Assembly: GCA_051362555.1 (NCBI GenBank)
Contig: CM120640.1
Span: 39,844,788 to 39,908,787 of the forward strand
DNA: 64,000 bases
DNA from: Lingula anatina
Lineage: Eukaryota > Animalia > Brachiopoda
Direction: 5' to 3'
Shown: in pieces, positions 40,101-56,812 of the stretch
Numbering within the stretch: position 1 is the stretch's first letter
How the letters are laid out: every line of letters starts with the position of its first letter
The notes under the pieces: model-generated
Told to the model about the DNA's origin: nothing
The model's database searches: none
Seen by the model: only the letters and a program-made list of their open reading frames with translations
Translations under genes and position numbers: made by a program

Positions 40101-43100
40101 ATGTAAATAAGAATAAAAAGTCTTTGGAAACTAGATATGTTTCCAGTAATGATCTTTCTTAATGGCTATCTTTTATCAGGCTGGTACTGGACCTGTATAA
40201 GTTTTTTTTTCACATAAGGGTAGTTTCCTAGGTTAAGTGACATGCACCTCATGAGTTTTTATGGGTTACTGAGATGATGTGTATGCCTAGTCTGATATTT
40301 GGAATATACATGATTATAAACTCAGCTAGATAACTAAAAGCAATTTCATTGAACCATCAATTGAAAGTGGATCATTTCTATGATGAAATGTTAGCTTTCC
40401 CAGAACACTAAATGTAGATTGTTAATGGAAGTGATGTTTGTAGAGCTGATTGCTGAGCACAATTCAGTTGGCTTGCAATTTTTTTTTTTTTTTTGTTATC
40501 CTCTGCAAACCAATCAAACATGCAGATTGGCTTTTCCTTTCTCTGCATGCATTTTGTTTCAAGAATTAAAATAAAAAGAAATGTTTGCGATATATTTCCA
40601 TAATTTAAATAGATTGTAGATTTGCCATGAAAATCTGCAAATTTACAAACATTTGGCAACAACTAAAGAAAATAATGAAAAAGACACATAAATGATATAT
40701 AACAGCTGTTGAGCACTGTTTCAGTTTGGTACTTGTGAATCCTTTGTCTTTGCGCTCAGGGAGCGAGGTAAAATATAAGGTAAAGTGTAAGATGGCTAAA
40801 GATTTTCATTAGTTTTATTTTGATTAGATGCATAGTTTTGTTTTTCATTATTGACAATTTCGCCCCAACTGTTTGTAAGTTGGCTAGTAACCCACATGGG
40901 TTATTATGACTGCCACATGTCAGCTAGCTGGGTTCAAGTTTTCTTATGATTAGGAATAACTGTCAACACAGAAGAAGACAGTATGGTGTTTGTCAGATTA
41001 TATATTTTACTTTTATCCAAGTGCAATCTTACAAATGTTACATGTCTTGAAATATGAGAACAATTACACATGCTCCTTAGCCCTAGCGAAACAATTCTAA
41101 TAATTGCCATTCCCAGTGTTAGCCATCAGCTTCCAGCAGAATAACTGAGTCAGAAGGATCAAAGCTATAAACTTCATTAATTATATCAGAATAATTCAGT
41201 TAGATAAATTTAATTGTTTATCAATTTCTTTCAATGTTTAGGTTAATTGAAGTTGTTGAATATTTATAGCATATTGAGTTTGTGATAGATAAATGTAAAG
41301 TTCACTAGAATTGCTGTGCACGTGTGTCAATCCTGACATTTTATTGACTTCTACTTGTCTCCAGCTGGTTAGATATATTTTTCTTTTAACCTGATAATAT
41401 CAGGTTTTTAGTAAAATAAAAAAATTGGATTTCTTTTTGTCTTATACTCCAGGCTTCATTTTTTAGAATATCCAGTTTCATGATTTATTGCACCACTACC
41501 ATGAAACTTTGAACTTCTTACTTCAGTGTTTGTCTAACACATCCTGCTGCGTCTCATATTTAATGTTTTGAAAACTTTGTTACATTATTCAAATTTCTCT
41601 TGATTTCAGAAAAAAAGAAATGACATGGGATGAAATGAATATAGTGGCCACCCATCATCCTGCTGATAAAGACTATGGACACATGAAAATTACTGATCCT
41701 CCAACGCCTTATAGCAAATATGAAGAACCAGAGGATGACGAGCTATTAGAACACCAAGACAGTGTGGATCCTATAAGTGAGGATGAAACGGATGCATTAG
41801 ATGCAAATAAATTAGCAAAAAGGTGAGTGAACTCTCTATGACCATAACTTGAGAATGCATCTATTCCATTTACCTTCCAAGATGTATGCAGCTTTACATA
41901 TTAAATAATGCACTGCTCATGAGCCTGATACATAATAGCCACAGTGTATATCAAGCTAGAAGGTACTTGTAGCAGCTAGTGCATTATTTGTCAAACATAC
42001 AAAGAGAAATCTTATTTTTTCCACCCAAACCCATTAATTATGAATGGAATACTTTGATATCAGTGATATCAGCCCCACATGTAAGTGTGAAATAATACTA
42101 TGTCACCCAAGAGATATATATGCCAGAACACCGTGAGCTTCATGATCACAAAGGGTAGCAGTGTATTATTTTCCATACATGCCAAGAAAAAGGACTCGCA
42201 TTTCACTGAGAGAAAAAGCCCCTGAAACAGAATAAAGCGTATATCGCCATGGTCACATAACATCACTAGGTATGTATAAATACCAAACATAAGTGGAAAG
42301 GGAGCTTTCAGACAGATTATCAATTGATATTCTATGTTTTGTGAAACACTTGTCTCCAAAACAAAGATGAAGGTTGCACTCAACAGAATTTTTTACTAGC
42401 AGTATTTTCCATTGATCTCAACATATGTAGTATACAAAGACCTTGACACTTGGCCAAAAAAGATGGAAGTATCATAACCATCATCTGCAGAAAGAAAAAT
42501 GTATATATCTAGAAATGTGAAATATGAATGTCAGGTACCTTCAAAGACAGGAAGCTAAATATCTAGCAATTTTGGGAAAGATAAATGCTGTATTACTTAT
42601 GTGGCTTGTTTGCAAAATAAACTTGGTTCTATAAAATGAAATAATGTTTTGAGTACTTTCTTTAGGCTTTTGGCTAAAGAGGACAATGAATTTTGTACAG
42701 ACCAAACACAACTTAAAAATCAATCCAAGTGCTTTTGGGCAGTGTTTTAAATAATTAGAAAAGGTCACATTGTCATAAGGTTTTAAAGTATTGAGGGAGC
42801 AATCTAAATTCATTGACAGTCATGTTATATATAACATACATACCCCAGGCTTAATACCCATGATAAATAATAGGGATTGAGGGGGACAACGGATGATTAT
42901 TTTAATCGTTTTCCAATCAAAGTTAGTCTTTTGTGAGAACAGACAGAGATGCTGAGGCATCAACTTATAGAACAAACTTGTGTACCTAATCAGGACCAAC
43001 AGATTGTACATATGTTCCTACATGCAGATATTAGACGTCCAATAACAAGTACTGTAAATCTGATATTGGACACAAGCCATTGGAATCAGTATGTCTGAAA

Positions 43101-46100
43101 TAACATGCTTGTCATAATTCTGCGACCTCGTTTGACCTGTAAACAAGTGTATGTACAGGTATTTGGGACAAGTTGCTGTGTGCAGTGTTTTGATTTACCT
43201 GTAAGTCTCTACCTGTAGATAGTACCAAGGATAGTCTTCTGGAAAGATAAACAATCAGGCTGAGTTTTGGAACATTTCACTCGTGTGAAGAATCCTTTTT
43301 ATGGATCATTTTTAATTTTGAGCAAATTCTCTCTCTGTTTAATGTATATACTAGTAGTTGAATCAGTGAACTTGGGAGTTTTTCATGATTTATTTGCATG
43401 GGGTAAGGATAAAGGCAGTAAAGGTTGTTGAATGCTTTGAAATTGAATCATTTAATCTGCAAAAGACATCTTGTAAAATTATAGGAAGGTCATTGAGATC
43501 ATGAGCCACAGTTGATATGAAACTCTTTTTAGGGGATAGTTATAAGGTAAAGGAATCTAAAAAGGAGGGTCTTTTTCATTCATGTTGCACAGCTTGTAAG
43601 TAACACCAGCCATTTCCATTTTTATTTTGTGTTTATCCTTTCAAACTGAATCATTGCTCTACAATACTGAAGTGAGAGGTAATGATATCAAAGATCGAAT
43701 TGATATGTAAAGAAGTCAACCGTTACAGCACACCAGGGGAGTGAGGGGGGGGGGGGGGGGCAAAAACAACATTCCTGATGTCTACACTATCATCTTCTGC
43801 TCATATTATAAAGGCTAGTGCATGCAGTGCATGAATGACTAGTTTCATGAAGCACAGTGACAGTATATTGATACAATATTCTAGAAAATTGCTTCATAAA
43901 GGTTATCTTCAGTGTGTGCAATTGTACTTGGTACTAGGGTGATTTCGTGCATGTCATTTCTTATAAGTGGCAGTTTTTATGACAGCTTACATCTCAGTTT
44001 GTTGATTGAAGGCATTATTTATAGTTTTAGGATATGGATTGATGTGTACTACGTATGATAATGAATCAATGTTTCAGTGGGAAAAATGATCAATTTTTCA
44101 GTTGCATTTTATCATTTACAAGTACATATATTTCTGTGTACCATTTGTGGTGCTATTGTCTGTGTTTAAGGTAGCCTGCTTTTCTTCTACCACTCAAACA
44201 GTGGAAATTAAATGTTCTTATTTTAAGAATTTATGAAATTAAGAAATGCAGATCCTGTGAAATTCACAATTCTTCCCATTGAAAAGTCATTACCCTAGAT
44301 TTTAACCATCAAGATGAAAAGAGAATCAATAACCTTGCGCGCGTTATACGTCACAGGTCTTGCGTAACTACCCACGTGCTACGATTTTTCCCTTGGGGGG
44401 GCAGCAAGCGGCCATTTTGTACAGGAGCAGTGCATAGATGGGTGAAAACGATACGTTGTTTTTAACCAAAAACGATGTCCCCAGGGCGAAACTGCCAACA
44501 CCAAAAGTAAAGGAGCATACCAACGTTGTTTTGAAACGATGTGGTAAGCCTGTCAGTGGCGAGTTGGGGAGAATAGAGCAGCACTGATTGCAAGGTACTG
44601 TATACACGTGAACCGGCAAAGTTAATGATAATTTCATGTTGCAAAAGCATAATTAAATCAGTAAGTTATTTTCCTAAGGATATTATTTGAATAGCAGATA
44701 CATAAATCAAACTAACAACAATAAAAAATTTTGATGACATTGAAAATCAAAACCTGCGGTGCACGATAGGTTGAGGAGGACACTGCCACCGCAAGTAATG
44801 CATGAATTTTGTTACACAACACCATATGCTTGTGTCATTGTTAACTCTGTGGTATTATTACTCAATTTATTGCTCAAATTAATACCTGATACTATTTCTC
44901 AGGCTACCAAGTACAGTACAAATCAACTTATTTTGTGGCAATTGACCTACATGTTCCATCCTGTGTGCAGGTTGTTTATTATTATTATCATTATTATTTT
45001 TTCAAGCACATTTTGATAAAGTGGCTATGCTTTAACAAGAGAAATTTATGCTGTTTAAAAGATTAAATTATCAGTAGTATGTACAATTAAAGCTATTAAT
45101 TTGATTATGCATATTTGATTTTCAATTATCTTGATTATGATATGAGGTTTCTGCATTTTTCTCTTGCCCTCAAATCAATATCTAACAAGTAAATTGATAG
45201 TGCTTTATTACAATTTTTGCTTTATACTTTCAGATGTAAAAACTGTGTAGCAGTTAGTAAAGCTATAGAGATTGATGTGAGCATAGATCAGGGGAAATGG
45301 TATTAGAGAAACTAGGAGGACAAGACATAGATAATGTACTAGTAGATCCATCATCACAGCAAGGATAGATGGTGTGATCTTGTCCCTGAAGCTATGCCAC
45401 AAGTTCTCAAACTGGTTGAGTCCTTACTAAGACAAGCTGCTGCGGTGTGAATCGTTGTACATTCAGGTTATACATGGCAGATTTATGACAAAAGAGACCT
45501 TCACAATATACATGTACTTCAAAGAAGTTATTCTTGCATCTATGCCTCATCAAAAGTACACAGTTACAGTGACTAGAACATTGTCTGCAAATAGTGAGGC
45601 AGTGAAGGCTGCAAGGTGCCATTGTTTTTCAGTATTAAGACTGACAGTATCTGTTTTTTATTTATTTATTTTCATTTTTCATTTTTAATGGGAGGAAGAC
45701 TCACTTTGTTCTTTCTATGCCCATTCAGTTAAGGGTTGGTGGCAATATATGGTAAATCTGTCATGCCTGTATGTAGAATTTCTCTGGCTCAAATTTCTAC
45801 ATTTATTGGGTGCATTATGAAGTTTCCTGACTGATTAATGAGGTTACTTGCAGAAATATCTTGCTTACACACATTTTGTGATATTTTTACTACTTTATAC
45901 ATATGATTATTCACATCTTATCAGTGGTGTGTGAAAGGTACTTGGTATTTGCATTTTAGAACTGTAGGTCTGTGTACCAGCAGGGTTATATTTCATATAT
46001 CTGCGAATGTTTCTAAAAATATGCTTCATGTTTGATAATTATTTGGTTTGAAATAAATAAATAACCCAAATAAAATCAATTCATTTTATATTTCACATAA

Positions 46101-49100
46101 TTTGTTTTTATTATTCTTCTAAGCATTTAATCATAACATCTCCCATCATTATACTGTTATTGTGTAATAACATTGAAAGTTTCCAAGTTTTTATTAACAG
46201 GTTGATGCTAACGTACGCGTATTACAAATGAACATAAGCATTAAAGCATGTTGCCTTACTCAAATGTATCAAACGTACCACTGGCATAATACCGGTAAAG
46301 ATACAGGTAAAGATGACAGCATTGATAACTGAGTTTACAGCGCTTTTATAGTGCAGCTTGGCTAGTGTCAGATTGTTATCTGATAAAGTTTGCTACTAAT
46401 ACCTGGGAACAAAAGGTCTGGCACTTGACAATCAAGTTGATAAAATCACAAAACGGCTGTAGAAAACAGAGCATACCTGCCCAACATTGATTTGTTCAGA
46501 TTCTTGACTAAGGGGTGCGTTACTGGTGTCAAGGGCCAAGACTTGAACTTAGGGGTTTGGCATGTCACTGGACATTCCCCTCGATCTCTGTCCAAATCTA
46601 ATAAAGCCTCAGTTGCTTGTAAAACTTTCGCCAAATTTCCAGTATCTACAGGTTGTGTTGTTTAATGCTTGGGTTCTCTTCTTTGGCGGCGGTTAATTGG
46701 GGACACCTGTGCGGCCTGTCAACGCACCTAGATTCACTTTTGCCGGTGCCACATTTTCAATTGCCGTAAATATCAAATTCATGAATAGAATGAGGAAAAA
46801 TTACAGTTATGAAAAAATGTTTGGAAGTACCTGTCACCTTCGCCACAGTAACCATATGGGCTGTGATGCCCCCCCACCACAGGCGACACCTTGCGGAGCA
46901 AGCGTGCGTAATCCAGGGTGCAACTGAAAATAACCTTGTCGCGCGACCTTATACTAGTCTAGATATTGTTCATTTCTTTCAAAGTGGTAATTGCCACAGC
47001 AAAGCATACTTTCTCTGTATTATAATGTAAAACTATTCAAACCAAGCCACAAATATTTTGGATGTTTTTAGGTTTCATGTAACCTTATTCAAAACCCAGT
47101 GCTTCAGTATCTAGCACTTAGGCTTGCTTGCTGCAACAATTTATCTTTAAGTTGCTTTCATCATGGAATAGTTTATCTCTTGCATTTTGTCCATCATTGG
47201 TACCAGTACCATTATAAGGTCTGATAAACATTTCGCCAATATATTGGACTTGAATTAAATGCTGGATGAACTCTAAAGAATAAAAAGTAGACTAGATAAC
47301 AAAGGGCAGAATACATTAATATTTAATGTAGTTTGCTGTTAGGGGTAGTTTTTGTAGCAGCATGCCATTTTAGCTTTGGTTACTTCAATTCTGAGTATTG
47401 ATTGTTTCCAGTTCTTTGCACGGTGCAGGAAGAGGTTAAATAGACAGTCTAATGGAAATGAGTGATGGTAACTGTCGTTTGAATAGTTTTGGCACTGACT
47501 TGGATTGGATGCTCATCTGAAATCAAGTTCAAGGAAAATCATAAAATATATGCAATGCCACGTAGATAACACTTTTATTTATTTGTATTTTGTAGAAACT
47601 CTTGTTATAGAATTTAGTGTAGAAATTTGTGTGGTTACTTTTCAGTGACTTGATACTTGATGTTGAAAAGGGTTCTGTAATGTTTTTAACTTTTTCAAAA
47701 ATTGTTTGAATGTCCTGGATAAAAGGTCCAATATTTTATAGTATGCACAAAGGGAAATGATTTTAACTTTGAAGAGGTCCCCTTAATAAAATGTACAGTG
47801 GTCTACTGATTTGTAACACTTCAACAGGAGTGTGATTGTTACTTGAATGTTTGAGAAAAAAACTAGTATGTGATTGTTTCCTTTGTACCTTTACAAATTA
47901 TTATTTAAAATGCTTTTACTCATACATACATGCATTAGAGCTGTGTTCATTAGGGATCAATCATTGTAGGTCTGTTTGCTTTGGGTATTGAAAAACACAA
48001 AGACCAACGCATTTCTTGCAAATTTGATCTGTCTGTCTAGAATGGCAATCCTCCTATGGAAAAAAAATCAGCTATTGTACCACATAATTAGACTGAAGAC
48101 TATTCTTTTTTGAAATTGTGTGAAAGGTCAATTGGAAAACAGGGGAGTGGGACGAAAAGTGATCCCGCCAATGACGCCTGATAACAATGGTGCTAATTGG
48201 GAGACTAATCAATGAACTGAATACTGCATGAATGTGCATCACTTGAGTGTTTACTTAAGGAACAATAATGTTAATGACTTTTGACTGTTGCATTATTACA
48301 AATTGTCTGGGGGGGGTGTTCAATAAATGAAGTACATCAAGACATTGAAGTGTTGACTGTGTTTTGTGTGTATGTATGTTAAAGGGGGGGGGGGGGCACT
48401 CTGATATTTAATTTGTTCTTGATGGATTGTATCATATAAATTTAAAGTTATTGGGTGAATCCTATTTATGAATTTTTCATGCTTCTGTAGCCACAAGAAA
48501 GTTGGTTTAATCTTCAGTACATAAAAAGTGAACTTCACTCTTTTAGTTGCTCATAAATTGTCCTCAGCAAAAACTGTGTTATGCTCAACTCTTGCCAGTT
48601 AGATCTATACTGACAGTTGTTGTCTATTTCAGATTAGAGCATAATTCAAAACCAAAATTTATGAAGAAAGCAGCAGAAGAAGATGATGATGAAGATGATC
48701 TAGATGATCTATCAGAATCAGGGAAAGGTAACTAAAGATAAAATAAACCTAGGGTAGATTAAAAATAATTTTTACCTTTAAAGATACATTTCTTCAATTT
48801 CAATCTTCATCAAAATTGTGTGATAGTATTGCCTTAGGTATGTTTAATTTAAGGTTTCATACTTTTGAAAAGTAGGCCATTTTTAAGTTAATGTGCTTTG
48901 AAATATAATAGTCCAATATCCGAATTCAATTCTCCCTGTGTTACTTGCACTGGAAATCTTGATGCATAATCGTTAGACACTACTGTCCATCTCCTTTGCA
49001 TAAACCAATCATGACAGCATTTTTCTCCAAATACACTTCTTTTAAAAAGTAATATATTTCTTTTGCTCCAGAAAAAAGAAAACAATTTGAACAGAAGAGA

Positions 49101-49211
49101 AAATTACACTACAATGAATTTTATGCTGTTAAACTAGCGAAGCAGTTAATGGAGGAGGAGGATGAGGAGGAAGAGGACGAAGAAGAAGAAGAGAAGAAAA
49201 ATGGACAATGA
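37139..49211 (+). CDS. PPP1R2: Protein phosphatase 1 inhibitor 2 (IPP-2), 174 aa, 4 exons: 37139-37215, 41610-41822, 48633-48727, 49072-49211
   Basis: [15 protein letters not shown] (SILK motif), [31 protein letters not shown] (RVxF-like W and PxTP phosphosite), [12 protein letters not shown] (KLHY motif), acidic tail. 525 nt, phases consistent. Confidence 0.96.
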
Positions 49212-52005
49212 CAATCTCTGAAGGAGTAGACTGACAGTGACAGTTATCTTCTGTATTACTTTTAACAGTTGGCGGACCCCAGTTCATACTGCTGTTCATG
49301 AATTCCGGCCAGAACATCAGGAAGAAAGAGCCATTGAGTTCTTACCATCAAAACAACACAAAAAAGTTTAAAATGCCCTGGGCTTTAAAAGGAAATTGCA
49401 TTCTTCTAAGATAAAATGGCCATTCCCAAAGTAGGAAGGACTTAAAGAAGGGCAGTGAATGGTGCTGGATCTTCCACAATAGTGCAGTTGATAAGAGTTA
49501 TTTTAATGGCAAAGTCAGCTGTAGAGCATTGATAGTCTGATGGAAAGTGATTGTTCAGTGTTGCTTAATTTATCTTGCAAATGTTGTATTTCGATCAATT
49601 TTTTTCTTCTCTTTTAGATTCCCATTTGTGTAAGCAGGGTGTTGTGACTGTAGATCCAGGTTAGACCCTTTCCTCTTCTACATTTTCATGTGTACTCAGC
49701 ATGCTTCTAATAAATGCTTACTGAGATCCTATTATTATTGAAAAAGCAGCTAGTCTGGAGTTCAGTCAGCTGTTGATGTTGAATGGAAAAGCAAAGGCCA
49801 ATTTTCCTTTGAGATCCATCATGTTTTTTTTTTTTTCTTTAATATCATCAAGCATTGTAAGTGACAGAGAAGAGGGTTCAAGCAAAAGTGACGGCTCCAC
49901 AGTAAGCTTAATGTATTGGTTTGGTTTGGGTCTGGAAGAAACACCCATAAAGAAAGAGGGTAGAAAAGAAAAAAGAAATTGGAAATCATGTGGTTGCAAC
50001 CAAACTTTTTTAGAGTAAGCAGTCATGGAGATAGTGAATGGTGGTTGAATCTGAAGACTATTTTAATGTATATGGTGCATGCTGTTGCCATTGTTTTGTG
50101 TGTGGGCTCTTAAAGAGGGTGACTTATACGTTTCAGATGTCATGTTCTGGTATTAGCAGAACTTCTGCTCTTTACACCTGCTGTTACCAGTAGAACAGCC
50201 ATACTTGGACATCTGTATGCATGCTCTTGGTCATTGGGTTTACAGTTACAACTGAAGTGTGCAGTTCATAGTGATTTTCCTGTAGATTGTTACCACAGTA
50301 GAGGCATAATAGCAGCCATAAATGCATCTCTATGTATGCACCTTGCATGATGAAGGCATACATATAAATGCATCTCCTTTGTAGCTTCTGGTACTGACAA
50401 AATGATATATCTGTACAAATATGGGAGCTTACAAGTCGATTATCAGGTTATCTTTGATGACTGAAAGAATCTTTCAGCTGTGTTGGACAAACAGTGGAGT
50501 TAAGCTAGACTATTCTATAGGACGTCACATTAATATACCAGCAGAAATATATTAAAAGCTTGGAGTTTGTCTATGTTATTGATCAGCTTTGTCCCTTGCT
50601 GCTGGTTATTTCATTGGCCTGCTATGGTTTTTGCATATTGACTAATGCAAGATATTATGTATTATGATTGCCTATATGTTGTTAACACTAAGAGAGAAAC
50701 TAGTTCACTATTTGCCAAAAGGATTTTGCTTTTTAATTTTCTCTTTTTTTCTGTGTGTTATGGAAGACTGGCATTTCTTTACTTGGCAACCATTCCCTGC
50801 ATATCCTTTCTCAGTTTTAGCCATTTAAGTATTATACTTGGCAAAGGGCTTGCCTTGTGTTTGCTGTAAAATGTCTTATTTATTTGAGTACACTATGCCG
50901 AATGTCACCTGTGCAGTCAATAAGACTGTAACCTGTTGATAAAAAGACCCCTATCTGATTACTGCAGTCAGGTGTTTCCTGTGGGGTAAAAACCGTGGTT
51001 GTTTGTTTGGTCTTTGGGTCTTTTATCCTAGACATGTATGAGAGAAAAGTTTTCATCAGTGTGATTTTTTTTTTCCTGTTGGAAGAAAGCAAGTATTCTT
51101 ATGCAATCCCGTTTCATTAAAAAAAAAAAACAAAGGGGAATGTGCTGCCATATTTTTTCCCCTGCATTTGTCAAAAGAAGATAACTTTGGAAAAGTCTGC
51201 TTATAAGAAAAGAAAAAAAATGAACTATTGATTTGAATCTGTGAATGTTCAAAAAGCATGTCTTCTAAAAGAAGAATGTTCTGGTGCAATAATTTTTGTG
51301 GGGTTTGAATTCCATCGTAATGCCAGTAAATTTACTGAATTGTTGACAAGTACCGAAACTGTTAAGGACATTAATTAGTTCAGTATTGCTATAGCATTCA
51401 TAAATTATATCTGCAGTGCAGATTTGTTGCAGTAGTATAGATTTGCCCCTTTGCCAAACAATTGGATGTGTGTCACTGAAGCCAAAACAAGTTGTTTTTA
51501 TCATTACAATATATGGGTTGTTTACATTAAGGACAAAACTTAATTGTGTATAAATAACGTTGCTTAGATACCAAATGCATATGGAGCACTAACTTTACTT
51601 ACTACAATATTGATTTTTTTACCCTTCATTATGGTTAGGAAAATGTAATCTATTAAATAATCCATGACTATCAAGTTGGTTGTAATGATGGTCAGAGTTG
51701 CTGAGGGGGACTGAAGTTATGTTATTACAATATTGAGAGTTGAGGTACAGTGTACATGTATCAGAAAAGGGATGTGGTAGAGGAACTTAACACCATGGTG
51801 CAGATTTATAGATTGGAAGTATTAAGACTATACTAATTGGTTTTTGTTCAATTTTCCTATCTGACACAATCAGAATTCTTTCTTTTTTACCCTTATGACG
51901 TGTCAGATTGTTATTTAAGTAATTTACTTCTGAGCATGTTCATTTATTTCTTTTGTTTAATCTGTATAATGCTGTTACTACAGGCTATCTAAAACAGTGA
52001 AAGAA

Positions 52006-52042
52006 AATAAATAGTAAATATGGTTGTGATAAATTGTTTATT
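52006..52042. terminator. Opposed polyadenylation signals (PPP1R2 + at 52006-52011; candidate DTX3L-like - at 52037-52042)
   Basis: AATAAA followed by GT/T-rich sequence at the end of the T-rich PPP1R2 3'UTR, with TTTATT 25 bp downstream. An alternative minus-strand signal lies at 52889-52894. Confidence 0.5.
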
Positions 52043-52106
52043 CTCTGTATGTCTTGCCATCTGCTGTAAACTGCTTTCTGTAGGAAGGACTGCCAAAACG
52101 GAAAAT

Positions 52107-52326
52107 AACTAGAATTTCAGGTCCTCGTAGAGCGCATACTTTAATTCTCATTATAATTGGTTGACTAATTAATTAATTAGTTAATTAATTAATGGACCAC
52201 CACCAAAATCTATTCATATGTGAAGTTTCAGAATTGTTTATCAGAATCCGCCCACAACCTTTTGAATAATGTTGATAACAGACTGGCATAAACGGTACCA
52301 AAAGCGATCTCCTAAGTGGAGGTAAT
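52107..52326 (+). mobile_element. Degenerate non-autonomous Helentron/HINE-like element
   Basis: Begins AACTAGAA, contains AAGTTTCA and ATCCGCCCACAACCTTTTGAATAATGTTGATAACAGAC, and ends in the short hairpin CTCC-TAAGT-GGAG followed by GTAAT. This resembles the recalled ACCTCCTTGGCGGAGGTAA-ending elements of aquatic animals. Confidence 0.5.
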
Positions 52327-52948
52327 TAAAGATGTTTGCTTAATGTTCTCTTAAAATACACGCATATCTAAATAAAGCTGCTGAAACTACGCATCTTGTA
52401 CACATTCAACGTTGCACATGGCTAAATATGCTTCAGAAAACGCACGTAATTGCAGAAAAGGCGCATTACCATGTGGAAATGTGTTAACCACAAACACGGA
52501 GCCCTCCATTGTGTTAGGAGGGACAACAAACCTGTAGCATTGCCTTTTGTTTTTGAACAAGGGGCTGTAGCCTGTATGACATACCCTTTTCTATCACATA
52601 TTGATTTTTAACTAGATATTTACATACGTATGTTAAGATACTATGTCTCGATCTAGTTCATGGCACAATTATCTGCTGTAGAAAAATGCACATAATTTAT
52701 CTGCAGCCCTGGTAGAGGGTAACTGTACAAGAATTTGTAGACAGTTGACAGCTTCGCCTACGGAAATCTACAAGGCACGGCACAGCAATCGATACATGTT
52801 CGAAAATATTTGCTTAATGGAACTCAGCTGGCAAAGTTTTTTTAAATTATCAACGTATTGATAATTGTAGGTTATTCTACCGACCTTGTTTATTATAATC
52901 ATGCATGTTATACCTAGTATATGCTTTCATAATAAATTCATAGTCTAA

Positions 52949-52952
<4 letters not shown>

Positions 52953-52991
<39 letters not shown>
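52953..52991. repeat. (CT)n microsatellite immediately after the DTX3L-like stop codon
   Basis: Direct read; it is (GA)n in the mRNA sense. Confidence 0.95.
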
Positions 52992-55994
<3,003 letters not shown>

Positions 55995-56546
55995 TTTGAA
56001 ACATCTGATTTCAGTAAGACGACTTACGATCAAAATTGTTGACAGCCTGAAATAAGGCAATAAATGAGATCTTTTTTTCCTATTACATGTTATATTCACA
56101 TATAACGCTCTGTCACGTATCTAAAAATCAACAAAACAAATATTAATCTAGACAGGTCTTACATGTAATTTCAAACTGAGCTCATAACGGTGATATGAGA
56201 ATTTACCTGTAACTATGCACCACCACCCCACCCCTGTAAAGAAACCTAAATATATTTGTTTAGCAAAACGTGACTACCAGTAAATGTCTTCTTCTATTCG
56301 TCCCGTGTCTCTAACAAGTTTAACAGCCGTTTTTTTTTTCGTCGAAAGTCGTGAGCAACAATATCATATCCCCCTGCTCAAAAGACATTTTGGTCAGCAG
56401 TCTGTCTCTCTCTTGCTCTACTCTCCCCCTGCAATGTTTTTTCCATGTATTGTTCTTATTGGTGTCTAATATTAACTGACAAAAACCTCAGTACTATCTC
56501 AAAGATTTTAAACTAAAAGCAACCATACATTGGCTCACAAACCTAC

Positions 56547-56812
56547 CTGTCTATATGTGGCTGATATAACCTTGATATAACCACTCGAACACAGGGCTTG
56601 TTTATTCTGCAATCAATAAACTAATCTGTTTATGAAAAAAGGTTCACCGTAAATGTCCCAGCGCATGACAAAAAGAACTGGGTCACTTCACAAACAACGC
56701 GTTGGTCTCTTTCAAACCGAAAGTGCGGCGCCATTATCTGTAAAAGATCATGGTGTCCTGTTTGTAGTTGTTTGACTCCATTTTTTCTTCTGATTTTTAC
56801 AGAAGGCAACAG
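56547..56812. promoter_or_regulatory. Putative bidirectional promoter of the DTX3L-like and PARP14-like genes, with an IRF-E/ISRE-like motif
   Basis: Bounded by outward-facing donors (minus CAG|GTAGGT near 56546; plus CAG|GTAAGA at 56813). CpG-containing. AAACCGAAAGT at 56714-56724; CGGCGCCATT (YY1-like) at 56726-56735. Confidence 0.6.
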
